From positions 125,422 to 189,421 of the forward strand of contig NIVC01002256.1 of assembly GCA_002269645.1 (NCBI GenBank): a stretch of 64,000 bases of DNA. Reading direction: 5' to 3'. Under the pieces are notes generated by a model. The model was not told where the DNA came from, did not search any database, and saw only the letters and a list, made by a program, of their open reading frames with translations. This document shows positions 52,963-64,000 of the stretch, piece after piece (position 1 is the stretch's first letter; each line of letters opens with the position of its first letter). This DNA comes from Macrostomum lignano (lineage: Eukaryota). Both the position numbers and the translations under genes were made by a program.

Positions 52963-53646
52963 ATGACTCAGTCCGCGTCCAACATTGTCGCCTCGTTGCG
53001 CTCAACTTTCGCCACCGGTCGCACCCGATCGCTGGACTGGCGCCGCAGCCAGCTCAAGGCCCTGCACAACATGCTCAGCGAGCAGGAGGCCCGATTCCTT
53101 GAAGCTCTGTGGCGCGACCTGCGAAAGAGCAAGCAGGAGACCGCCGCGACAGAGCTGCTCATGGTCAAAGGCGAGATCGCCAAGCTGTCCAAGGAGCTGA
53201 CGCATCTGGCCGCTCCTACTAAACCGCCGAAGACGTTCATCAGCCGGATGGACGGCCTGGCCATTCAACCGCAGCCGCTGGGAGTCGCCCTGATCATCGG
53301 TGCCTGGAACTACCCGATCCAGCTGGTCCTGCTGCCACTGGCCGGAGCCATCGCCGCTGGCAACTGCGCCGTGGTGAAGCCGTCAGAGATTGCCGAAGCC
53401 TCGGCTGCTCTGCTAGCCGAGCTGCTGCCAAAATATCTCGACCAGGACTGCGTCCGTGTGGTGTGCGGCGGCGTCGAGGAGACCCAGCAGCTGCTTGAGC
53501 AGCGATTCGACACCATCTTCTACACTGGCAGCTCCCGGGTTGCCCGCATTGTGATGGCCGCAGCCAGCAAGCATCTGACTCCGGTCACCCTCGAGCTGGG
53601 CGGCAAGTCGCCCGTCTACGTGTCTCACGGTATCGATTTGGAACTG
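52963..53646 (+). CDS. ALDH3: Aldehyde dehydrogenase family 3, exon 1 of 2
   Basis: FATGRTRSLDWR..QPLGVALIIGAWNYP..VKPSE..FYTGSSRVARIV..TLELGGKSP. Model 52963-53646 + 54142-54903 = 481 aa. Confidence 0.95.
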
Positions 53647-53656
53647 GTGAGTCAGC

Positions 53657-54105
53657 ACCTGACCCATCCCTGACCTGACCCATCCCTGACCTGACCCATC
53701 CCTGACCTGACCCATCCCTGACCTGACCCATCCCTGACCTGACCCATCCCTGACCTGACCCATCCCTGACCTGACCCATCCCTGACTTGACCCACCTGAC
53801 CCATCCCTGACTTGACCCAACTGACCCATGACTTAACCCACCTGACCCATCACTGACCCAACCCTAACCCCAAACGTGACCCTACCCTGACTCAACCCTG
53901 ACCCAGCACTGACCCAACTCTGCTCCTGTCCTGACTCAGCCCTGACCCAGCCACGACCCAACCCTGACCCAACTCTGAACCAACCCTGACCCAAATCTGA
54001 CCCTACCCTGACTCAACCCTGACCCAGCCCTGACGCAACCTTGACCCAGCTCTGACCCAGCCCCGTGACTAAACCCAGACCCGACTCTGACCCAGCTCTG
54101 ATTCA
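53657..54105. repeat. 16-bp minisatellite (TGACCTGACCCATCCC), ALDH3 intron
   Basis: Perfect units near the donor, degenerate downstream. Confidence 0.92.
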
Positions 54106-54141
54106 ATTCGGACACAAGCCCGTGCCCACCACCGCCCGCAG

Positions 54142-54903
54142 GTGTCGCGCCGGCTGGCCTGGGGCAAGTTCATGAACGCCGGGCAGACGTGTATCGCCCC
54201 GGACTACGTGCTGTGCCCGCCCGACCTGATGCAGCCGCTGGCCGACGCCCTGGCCGCCAGGGTTATCGAATTCTTCGGCGAAAATCCGCGGGACAGCCCA
54301 GACTATGGCCGGATCGTGTCCGACCGGATGTTCGACCGACTGTCCGGCCTGCTGTCCGAGACCAAAGCCAAGCGAGTCGTCGGCGGCGACCCGGACAAAG
54401 CCGAGCGGTTCATCCCGCCCACCGTCTTCATGGACGTGAAGCCGGACGACGCCCTGATGCGCGAGGAGCTGTTCGGCCCCATCCTGCCCATCCTGCCGGT
54501 CCGCGGCGGCGTCGACGAAGCCATCGAGCTGATCAACGCCGGGGAGAAGCCGCTGGCTCTCTACGCCTTCACCAACGATGCCAGCGTTCGCCGACGCTTC
54601 GAAGATTCAACCAGCAGCGGCGCCCTGGTGTTTAACGACGTCGTCATTCATGCCGGCATCGACACGCTGCCGTTTGGCGGCGTCGGCGAGTCCGGCATGG
54701 GCTGCTACCACGGCGTGTACACCTTCCAGGCGTTCTCGCATCGTCGCTCGGTGCTGTACAAGAACGCCAGCGCGATCTCCGAGGCTGTCAACTCTCGCTT
54801 CCGCTATCCGCCGTACAACGAATCTAAACTGGGCTGGATCAGCTGGGCTCTGAGCAGCAGCGTTAGCGACAAGGGCGGCTGGAATTCCTGCCAGCTGCTT
54901 TGA
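54142..54903 (+). CDS. ALDH3: Aldehyde dehydrogenase family 3, exon 2 of 2 (CaaX end)
   Basis: WGKFMNAGQTCIAPDY (catalytic Cys), EELFGPILP, PFGGVGESGMGCYHG; ends in CQLL*. Confidence 0.97.
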   Translation: MSRRLAWGKFMNAGQTCIAPDYVLCPPDLMQPLADALAARVIEFFGENPRDSPDYGRIVSDRMFDRLSGLLSETKAKRVVGGDPDKAERFIPPTVFMDVKPDDALMREELFGPILPILPVRGGVDEAIELINAGEKPLALYAFTNDASVRRRFEDSTSSGALVFNDVVIHAGIDTLPFGGVGESGMGCYHGVYTFQAFSHRRSVLYKNASAISEAVNSRFRYPPYNESKLGWISWALSSSVSDKGGWNSCQLL

Positions 54904-54944
54904 AGGGCTGGAACTCCTGCCAGCTGCTTTGAAGGGCTGGAACT
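54877..54944 (+). repeat. 29-bp tandem duplication of the ALDH3 CaaX-plus-stop segment
   Basis: GGCTGGAAYTCCTGCCAGCTGCTTTGAAG x2 plus a partial copy. Confidence 0.92.
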
Positions 54945-55011
54945 GTCTTCTGCGGACTTGAGACCGGGGAGTGAACTTGATTATTTTAAATATTTTCGTT
55001 CCATCCAAAAT

Positions 55012-55300
55012 TCTTGACTCGATTTGACCCCTGTCCTGATTTGACCCCTTGACCTGATTTAACCCCTGTCCTGATTTGAACCCTTGACCTGATTTGACCC
55101 CTGACCTGACTTAACACCTGCCCTGATTTGACCCCTGACCTGATTTGACCCCTGTCCTGATTTGACCCCTTGACCTGATTTAACCCCTTGACCTGATTTG
55201 ACTCCTTGACCTGATTTGACCCCCGTCCTGATTTAACCCCTGACCTGATTTTACCCCTGTCCTGAGTTGACACCTGTCCTGATTTGTCCCCTGACTTAAT
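55012..55300. repeat. ~17-18-bp minisatellite (CCTGATTTGACCCCTGA) 3' of ALDH3
   Basis: Imperfect tandem units. Confidence 0.88.
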
Positions 55301-56021
55301 TTCTCGATCCTAATTTAACTTTTGATTTTTGTGTAACCCTTGACCTTACATGACCCTTAATCTAGACTTTAATGACCATTTGACCTTATTTGACATTTAC
55401 TTGTCGTCCTTCACCCCGACCTTTGTTAATCATTGATCTTTGTTGTCAGCGTAAGTTTATGTTTACATTTTCACAAATTTTCTTTTAGTTTTTTATATTT
55501 GGTTTGAAATTTAAAAAATTATTGACTGACCGTTGACCCCAGTTGACCCCGCTGTTGTCTTAAGATTCTGTCTTTTCACTTAACGACGCTCGTATTACGC
55601 AACTTATAGTTGATCTGATTAAAGTCTGAGGATTTGTATTGCTTGATTAAATTGACCCTTTAAACACCTTTATGGTCAGTTATAGTTTTCGCAATAATTA
55701 TTATCAAATTGCTGTCTGTTGTCAAACTCGTATCTATTTTCTAAATAGATGTTTATTCCGAATACATTAGCTAACTAGAAAATTGTTATTGTAGTGTTGT
55801 TCTCGTAATCGCGATATAATTAATCTTATAATTGGTTAAACAAAGCGTTATTTTTATTGTTGTCGATCGCTACTATTGATTGATTGATAGCTTTGTGAGC
55901 ACTGTCTGTAGTGTGTCCGTTCTCAATATACAAATCCCTGTGTTATGATTATTAATTTTTTTAATAACTTCACATTTTCTGCCTTTTTCTGCATTTTGGC
56001 TCAGTTATTTTACTGTTTAAG

Positions 56022-56690
56022 GGCAAATGTCTACTACAGACTGGATTGGGTAGAGTATAGGACTGTCTACTACAGACTGGATTGGGTAGAGTATAGGACT
56101 GTCTACTACAGGCTGCATTGAGTAGAGTTTAGGACTGTCTACTACAGGCTGCATTGGATAGGGTATAGGACTGTCTACTACAGGCTGCATTGGATAGGGT
56201 ATAGGACTGTCTACTACAGGCTGCATTGGATAGGGTATAGGACTGTCTACTACAGGCTGCATTGGATAGGGTATAGGACTGTCTACTACAGGCTGCATTG
56301 GGTAGAGTATAGACTGTCTACTACAGGCTGCATTGGGTAGAGTATAGGACTGTCTACTGCAGACTGCATTGGGTAGAGTATAGACTGTCTACTACAGGCT
56401 GCATTGGGTAGAGTATAGACTGTCTACTGCAGACTGCATTGGGTAGAGTATAGACTGTCTACTACAGACTGCATTGGGTAGAGTATAGACTGTCTACTGC
56501 AGACTGCATTGGGTAGAGTATAGACTGTCTACTACAGGCTGCATTGGGTAGAGTATAGGACTGTCTAGTGCAGACTAGATTGGGTAGAGTAGAGGACAGT
56601 CTACTACAGGCTGCATTGGGTAGAGTATAGGACTGTCTAGTGCAGACTAGATTGGGCAGAGTATAGGACTGTCTACTACAGACTGCATCT
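56022..56690. repeat. 36-bp minisatellite (GACTGTCTACTACAGGCTGCATTGGATAGGGTATAG)
   Basis: About 18 units. Confidence 0.94.
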
Positions 56691-58179
56691 AGTTGAATTT
56701 AAAACGGTCAAGTGCTGATTGGACTGGGGCTGTCCACTACTATAGACACTGTACAAACGTATTGGAAAAAGTTTTAATTCTTCTACTACTGTCGGTGCAG
56801 ATGAAGGTGGCAGAGCTAAAGCTTAATCAGATACATGTATTAAAATGAGATTTTCGCTGGATTTCCAACGTTACATAATTAAACTTTCATGCGAATCACG
56901 TTAAGCCTCTGTATTATTTAGTCACAGTCCGGCTATTTTTATGTTTACGGCCTTTTATTATCCAGTAAGGAAAAATTTTCACTTGATTTGTTAGAGATGC
57001 ACATGCACAATGTTTACATACGCGTATGCAAGTGATGTGTATTCTGTGTTCTCACAAGATGAGATGGCAGTCTAACGTGTGTAATTAATACATCTGTAAT
57101 TTTGGAACTTTAATGTGCAATTACATATCTAGCTCTAGCTATTTTGCTGGGGAGATAATTACCAGGAAGTTTTATTATTCTATCTGTGATGTTTATAAAT
57201 TTCTATATGATGATGACCGGAAATTACTGTACAGCAATTGTGATCGATTGACGGATTCGCTAAGTCATTTCTGTTGACACAGCACATGCAGTAAAGCTCT
57301 TTCGAATCCTACGTAAATATTGGGTCGCATTTATAATATAAGGTGCAATTTATTTCAGCTAAGCAATTAAGCCTAGTAGTTGACTGAAAAGCGGAAACAT
57401 TTTCTCGCCTATGTGGAGTGAGTGCTGCATTATTTAAATGGCTATTCGCATAATTATAGCCCTTTTAACGACTGCATGAACTGAGTTCAAAGGAACAATT
57501 ACGATCCTACATATACACTGTAAATGATGTATGCATACGTGTAGTACGATTGTCATATCGTTTTTAATTTGAAAAATTCTCTCTCCGTGAAAGTCAACTG
57601 CCTTTCTATCGTAAAATTTGTTTTCATACGTACCTTGATAAAAAACGAATGGCTTGAAAAATGTATGCGCATCATTGTACAATGTAAAATATATAATAAA
57701 ACAAAGTGCTAGCTGGTCATGAGCATGTAATAACACAGTCTATCCCCATTTTAGCAATGAGCTGTTCAGCTAAACATACAACGGCTTAACCAAAAAATGT
57801 CGCATTAGTTTTTACGCTATTTTTTGCTGAATATCTCACTTCTAAATAGATTATCGATAAATTTTATTAACACCGTATTTCCTAATTCTGTGTTTGTCTG
57901 CTACTTAAAATACCCGCTGGCAAATATCTCTTATTAACGTTTACGGCAAATTCAAATTAAAGTTTCTAATATTTTATAATTTTAGTATTCCTGAGCTAAA
58001 ATAAAAAAGCTTCTTTGTTTTACCTCACTAAGTCGTTTTAAGTACATTACCAACCAGTTTTTTAAAATGGGGTATTTAATTGGATTTCAAACGATGAATA
58101 GTTTTTTTAAGATAAAACGACAATGTAAACTTGACTTTGTACATTTATACAAGTTTAGTAATTGAATTGAAGAACACAA

Positions 58180-58212
58180 ATGAGCTCTAGTGCTGTTGAA
58201 ACCTCTATAAAT
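58180..58212 (+). CDS. Putative first micro-exon (MSSSAVETSIN) of the Cys-rich TM protein
   Basis: ATG followed after 11 codons by a GTAAGT donor in phase 0, matching the next exon. No homology support. Confidence 0.4.
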
Positions 58213-58704
58213 GTAAGTTTTGGTTTCTATAAATATCTATGCTGTAGCATTTTTAGTCAAAAGATTGAAAGACAACATGAAAAAGGACTAATTGAGAGAA
58301 ACCTAAATAAATACTAAAATTTCTAATTAACCCTTGGCCATCGATTTTTGAGCAAAAATTTGGATTTGCTCCTAGACATGTCTATAAAACTCGTGAGGTT
58401 TTCATGCATATACTGAGTCAAGACCAAGTGCTTATGGCCCTATAGTTTTTACTTGAAACTTTAGATATATGTAATATATATAGCTCGTATATCGAAAGAA
58501 GTTAGCTCGTATATATATAAATAAATTAATATCTGTATATATATTATATATTAATATATAATATAATATAATATAATATATAAAACAGATAAATAAAAAT
58601 CTGTTTTCATAATTGATGAAGAAATTATGAAAACAGATATATATTAACTATAAGAAGTAATAATTCCGATTTAACCTCTTATTCCCACGCCTCCTTAAAA
58701 ACAG

Positions 58705-59064
58705 CGGGACTTGTTCAACCCGACTGAAGCGCAGGTGACCCGCTCAAATCTGGTCTACGCGATCAACGTTTTCGACGTCCTGCCCCTGCCCGCCCTACTC
58801 ATAATAGTATTCATAGTTTACGCCGCCGTGCTAATCCTGTTCCGCTACGTGGCCTACCGGGTGGTGAGCGGCGCTGGGCAGCCGTCGACGGAGCCGCGCG
58901 GCGCCGGCATCTGCAACTCCTTCTGCCTGTGCTGCGTCAACTGCAGCAACAGCTGCGGCGCCTGCGACAACCGCGGCACCCTGGGAGGCTGCGCCAACGG
59001 CGTCTGCCCCCACAGACGCAGCGGGGTGCTGTTCTCCGATGTGCTGCTGTGCCACCAGTGCGAG
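58705..59064 (+). CDS. Uncharacterised single-TM Cys-rich protein, main exon
   Basis: GC-rich coding-like island; acceptor aaacAG, donor GTGAGC; hydrophobic LPLPALLIIVFIVYAAVLILF followed by CNSFCLCCVNCSNSCGAC..CHQC. Confidence 0.8.
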
Positions 59065-59139
59065 GTGAGCAGGGGGGTTCGAACTTCGGCTGACTTGATG
59101 GTGCTGCTGGGAATAGCCAGCTGTTAGAGCCAGTTGTCT

Positions 59140-60310
59140 GACTCTATCAGCTGTTAGATATTCTGTGCCTGACTATCAGCTGTTAGATATTCTGTGCCTG
59201 ACTATCAGATGTAAGATATTCTGTGCCTGACTCTATCAGATGTTAGATATTCTGTGCCTGACTCTATCGGATGTTAGATATTCTGTGCCTGACTCTATCG
59301 GATGTTAGATATTCTGTGCCTGACTCTGTCAGCTGTTAGATATTCTATGCCTGACTCTGTCAGCTGTTAGATATTCTGTGCCTGACTCTGTCAGCTGTTA
59401 GATATTCTGTGCCTGACTCTGTCAGCTGTTAGATATTCTATGCCTGACTCTGTCAGCTGTTAGATATTCTGTGCCTGACTCTGTCAGCTGTTAGATATTC
59501 TGTGCCTGACTCTGTCAGCTGTTAGATATTCTGTGCCTGACTCTGTCAGCTGTTAGATATTCTGTGCCTGACTCTGTCAGCTGTTAGATATTCTGTGCCT
59601 GACTCTGTCAGCTGTTAGATATTCTGTGCCTGACTCTGTCAGCTGTTAGATATTCTGTGCCTGACTCTGTCAGCTGTTAGATATTCTGTGCCTGACTCTA
59701 GCAGATGTTAGATATTCTGTGCCCGACTCTATTAGATGTTAGATATTCTATGCCTGACTCTGTCAGCTGTTAGATATTCTATGCCTGACTCTGTCAGCTG
59801 TTAGATATTCTGTGCCTGACTCTATCAGATGTTAGATATTCTGTGCCTGACTCTGTCAGCTGTTAGATATTCTGTGCCTGACTCTATCGGATGTTAGATA
59901 TTCTGTGCCTGACTCTGTCAGCTGTAAGATATTCTATGCTTGACTCTGTCAGCTGTTAGATATTCTGTGCCTGACTCTGTCAGCTGTTAGATATTCTGTG
60001 CCTGACTCTGTCAGCTGTTAGATATTCTGTGCCTGACTCTGTCAGCTGTAAGATATTCTATGCCTGACTCTGTCAGCTGTTAGATATTCTGTGCATGACT
60101 CTGTCAGCTGTTAGATATTCTGTGCCTGACTCTGTCAGCTGTTAGATATTCTGTGCCTGACTCTGTCAGCTGTTAGATATTCTGTGCCTGACTCTAGCAG
60201 ATGTTAGATATTCTGTGCCCGACTCTATTAGATGTTAGATATTCTGTGCCTGACTCAATCAGATGTTAGATATTATGTGTCTGACTCAATCAGATGTTAG
60301 ATATTCTGTA
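59140..60310. repeat. 31-bp minisatellite (GATATTCTGTGCCTGACTCTGTCAGCTGTTA), intron of the Cys-rich gene
   Basis: About 37 units. Confidence 0.96.
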
Positions 60311-60426
60311 AGGTGCTAGTTTACCACCTTTTAAATATTGGTAAGTCAGCTGTCATAGTTTTCAATGGTTAGATACATATACCGGAAATCAAGCGTTTCC
60401 CTCCCACATCCTCGATAATCCCACAG

Positions 60427-60543
60427 CGTAAAACGGTGAATTGTTGTCAAGCCGACTGCGACGACTGCTTCTGCTTCTGCTTTGAATGCCGCTTCCGGAA
60501 AAATGGCGGCACTGCGCTGCTTGGCTCCGCTGCTGAAGAATAA
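60427..60543 (+). CDS. Uncharacterised Cys-rich TM protein, last exon
   Basis: Acceptor cccacAG in phase 0; RKTVNCCQADCDDCFCFCFECRFRKNGGTALLGSAAEE* continues the Cys-rich pattern. Confidence 0.72.
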   Translation, partial: RKTVNCCQADCDDCFCFCFECRFRKNGGTALLGSAAEE

Positions 60544-60925
60544 CCGGAAGTGGACTGTAATGACTAGAAATGGGGTCATAGCAACCGGGAGTGGACTTTA
60601 ATGACTAGAAATGAACTCATAGCAACCGGAAGTGGACTGTAATGACTAGAAATTGGCTCATGGCAACCGGAAGTGGGCTGTAATGACTAGAAATGGGCTC
60701 ATGGCAACCGGAAGTGGGCTGTAATGACTAGAAATGGGCTCATGGCAACCGGAAGTGGGCTGTAATGACTAGAAATGGGCTCATGGCAACTAGAAGTGGG
60801 CTGTAATGACTAGAAATGGGCTCATGGCAACCGGAAGTGGGCTGTAATGACTAGAAATGGGCTCATGGCAACTAGAAGTGGGCTGTAATGACTAGAAATA
60901 TACTCATTCATTAGCAACCAGAAGT
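60543..60925. repeat. 41-bp minisatellite (ACCGGAAGTGGGCTGTAATGACTAGAAATGGGCTCATGGCA) starting at the stop codon
   Basis: About 9 units. Confidence 0.93.
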
Positions 60926-61474
60926 GGACTATGTTGAAATTACAATAAATTTGACGAATTTATCGAAGATTATGGATCAAAAAAAGATTTATTTAGCTGC
61001 GACAAGAAATAGACTGAACTAAATACTTTTATACTCATAGCAATTGTTGTTTTCATTAATTTGAAAATGTTCCTGTAACTTGTTGATGCTTATTTTAAAC
61101 ATCGATTAGCTGTTTAATCTTATCTGTTTATGCTCATAAAAAGACCAGACAACTGATCATCTCCAAGCAGCCTGAAGCCACTTCCATCTACAAATCCTTT
61201 TTAAAACATTCCTTTTTTGCATCCGAATTTAAACGGTAACTTTTATCGTCTTTTATGACTACTGAAAGTAGAGCGTGCTCCTCCTGATAACGTTTTTATT
61301 TATTGAATGCTTCCTGGAAAGAAGTTAAATAAACAAAGTTGCAGCGCGTTGGCCCAATATTTTAATTTTTACTGCTGCCGTATTGCCGCAATTTTGTATT
61401 TTTTTCAAGGCAAAATATTGTGTGACTTCTATGCGGCATATGTGCCTCATGAAGAGACACTAAAAAGAGACACC

Positions 61475-64000
61475 TAACCTGTTAGACACCTGAGTGTCAC
61501 CTGTTAGATATGGGTGTCACCTGTTTAGAGTGTCACCTGTTAGATATGGGTGTCACCTGTTAGATATGGGTGTCACCTGTTAGATATGGGTGTCACCTGT
61601 TAGATATGGGTGTCACCTGTTAGATATAGGTGTCACCTGTTAGATATGGGTGTCACCTGTTAGATATGGGTGTCACCTGTTAGATATGGTGTCACCTGTT
61701 AGATATGGGTGTCACCTGTTAGATATGGGTGTCACCTGTTAGATATGGGTGTCACCTGTTAGATATGGGTGTCACCTGTTAGATATGGGTGTCACCTGTT
61801 AGATATGGGTGTCACCTGTTAGATATGGGTGTCACCTGTTAGATATGGGTGTCACCTGTTAGATATGGGTGTCACCTGTTAGATATGGGTGTCACCTGTT
61901 AGATATGGGTGTCACCTGTTAGATATGGTCACCTGTTAGATATGGGTGTCACCTGTTAGATATGGGTGTCACCTGTTAGATATGGTGTCACCTGTTAGAT
62001 ATGGGTGTCACCTGTTAGATATGGTGTCACCTGTTCGCCTGTTAGATATGGGTGTCACCTGTTAGATATGGGTGTCACCTGTTAGATATGAGTGTCACCT
62101 GTTAGATATGGGTGTCACCTGTTAGATATGGGTGTCACCTGTTTCATATAGGTCTCAACTGTTAGATATGGGTGTCACCTGTTAGATATGGGTGCCACCT
62201 GTTAGATATGGTTGTCACCTGTTAGATATGGGTGTCATCTGTTAGATATGCGTGCCGCCTGTTAGATATGGGTGTCACCTGTTAGATATGGGTGTCACCT
62301 ATTTGATATAGGTCTCAACTGTTAGATATGGGTGCCACCTGTTAGATATGGGTGTCACCTGTTAGATATGGTTGTCACCTGTTAGATATGGGTGTCATCT
62401 GTTAGATATGGGTGTCACCTGTTAGATATGGGTGTCACCTGTTAGATATGGGTGTCACCTGTTAGATATGGGTGTCACCTGTTAGATATGAGTGTCACCT
62501 GTTAGATATGGGTGTCACCTGTTAGATATGGGTGTCACCTGTTAGATATGGGTGTCACCTGTTAGATATGGGTGTCACCTATTTGATATAGGTCTCAACT
62601 GTTAGATATGGGTGCCACCTGTTAGATATGGGTGTCACCTGTTAGATATGGGTTGTCACCTGTTAGATATGGTTGTCACCTGTTAGATATGGGTGTCACC
62701 TGTTAGATATGGGTGTCACCTGTTAGATATGGGTGTCACCTGTTAGATATGGGTATCACCTGTTAGATATGGTGTCACCTGTTAGATATGGGTGTCACCT
62801 GTTAGATATGGGTGTCACCTGTTAGATATGGGTGTCACCTGTTAGATATGGGTGTCACCTGTTAGATATGGGTGTCACCTGTTAGATATGGTGTCCTGTT
62901 AGATATGGGTGTCACCTGTTAGATATGGGTGTCACCTGTTAGATATGGGTGTCACCTGTTAGATATGGGTGTCACCTGTTAGATATGGTGCCGCCTGTTA
63001 GATATGGGTGTCACCTGTTAGATATGGGTGTCACCTGTAAGATACGAGTGTCACCTGTTAGATATGGGTGCCGCCTGTTAGATATGGGTGTCACCTGTTA
63101 GATATGCGTGCCGCCTGTTAGATATGGGTGTCACCTGTTAGATATGGGTGTCACCTGTTAGATATGGGTGTCACCTGTTATATATGGGTGTCACCTGTTA
63201 GATATGGGTGTCACCTGTTAGATATGGTGTCACCTGTTAGATATGGGTGTCACCTGTTTGATATAGGTCTCAACTGTTAGATATGGGTGCCACCTGTTAG
63301 ATATGGGTGCCACCTGTTAGATATGGTTGTCACCTGTTAGATATGGGTGTCATCTGTTAGATATGCGTGCCGCCTGTTAGATATGGGTGTCACCTGTTAG
63401 ATATGGGTGTCACCTGTTAGATATGGGTGTCACCTGTTAGATATGGGTGTCACCTGTTAGATATGGGTGCCATCTGTTAGATATGAGTGTCACCTGTTAG
63501 ATATGGGTGTCACCTGTTAGATATGGGTGTCACCTGTTAGATATGAGTGTCACCTGTTAGATATGGGTGCCGCCTGTTAGATATGGGTGTACCTGTTAGA
63601 TATGGGTGTCACCTGTTATATGGGTGTCACTAGACATGGGTGTCACCTGTTAGATATGGGTGTCACCTGTTAGATATGGGGTGTCACTGATATGGGTGCA
63701 CCTGTTAGATATGGGTGTGACCTGTTAGATATGGGTGTCACTGTTAGATAGGGTCACCTGTTAGATATAGGTCTCAACTGTTAGATATGGGTGTCACCTG
63801 TTAGATATGGGTGTCACCTGTTAGATATGGGTGTCACCTGTTAGATATGGGTGTCACCTGTTAGATAGGTGTCACCCTGTTTGATATAGGTCTCAACTGT
63901 TAGATATGGGTGTCACCTGTTTGATATGGTGTCACTGTTAGATATAGTGTCACTGTTTTATGGGTGTCACCTGTTAGAAGAAGTGTCACCTGTTAGACAG
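61475..64000. repeat. 20-bp satellite (GTCACCTGTTAGATATGGGT), >120 copies, runs off the window end
   Basis: Tandem units, degenerate toward the end. Confidence 0.98.

Overview
Eukaryotic (animal) genomic DNA with GC-rich exons and repeat-filled introns. The style suggests a free-living flatworm such as Macrostomum (inference, not proven). Four spliced genes on the + strand were rebuilt by hand with phase-consistent GT-AG junctions: POP4/RPP29 (3 exons, 255 aa), a TRPM1/3-type channel (10 exons, 1746 aa), a class-3 aldehyde dehydrogenase ending in a CaaX box (2 exons, 481 aa), and an unrecognised single-TM Cys-rich protein (3 exons, ~169 aa). The first 17 kb is a transposon graveyard: two tandem RTE-clade LINEs, three tRNA-headed SINEs in the window (one CORE-like), and hAT-like and Harbinger-like MITEs. 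Most notable: the second RTE starts exactly with a fully pairable HDV-like ribozyme (2498-2565), followed by an AUG-less open frame carrying a 2A-like IEPNPGP motif just before the endonuclease. The TRPM has a perfect RFX X-box over its ATG and unusual substitutions in S6 and the TRP box. Most introns carry their own minisatellite. Most long ORFs in the supplied track are artefacts of these repeats. Repeat boundaries are approximate.
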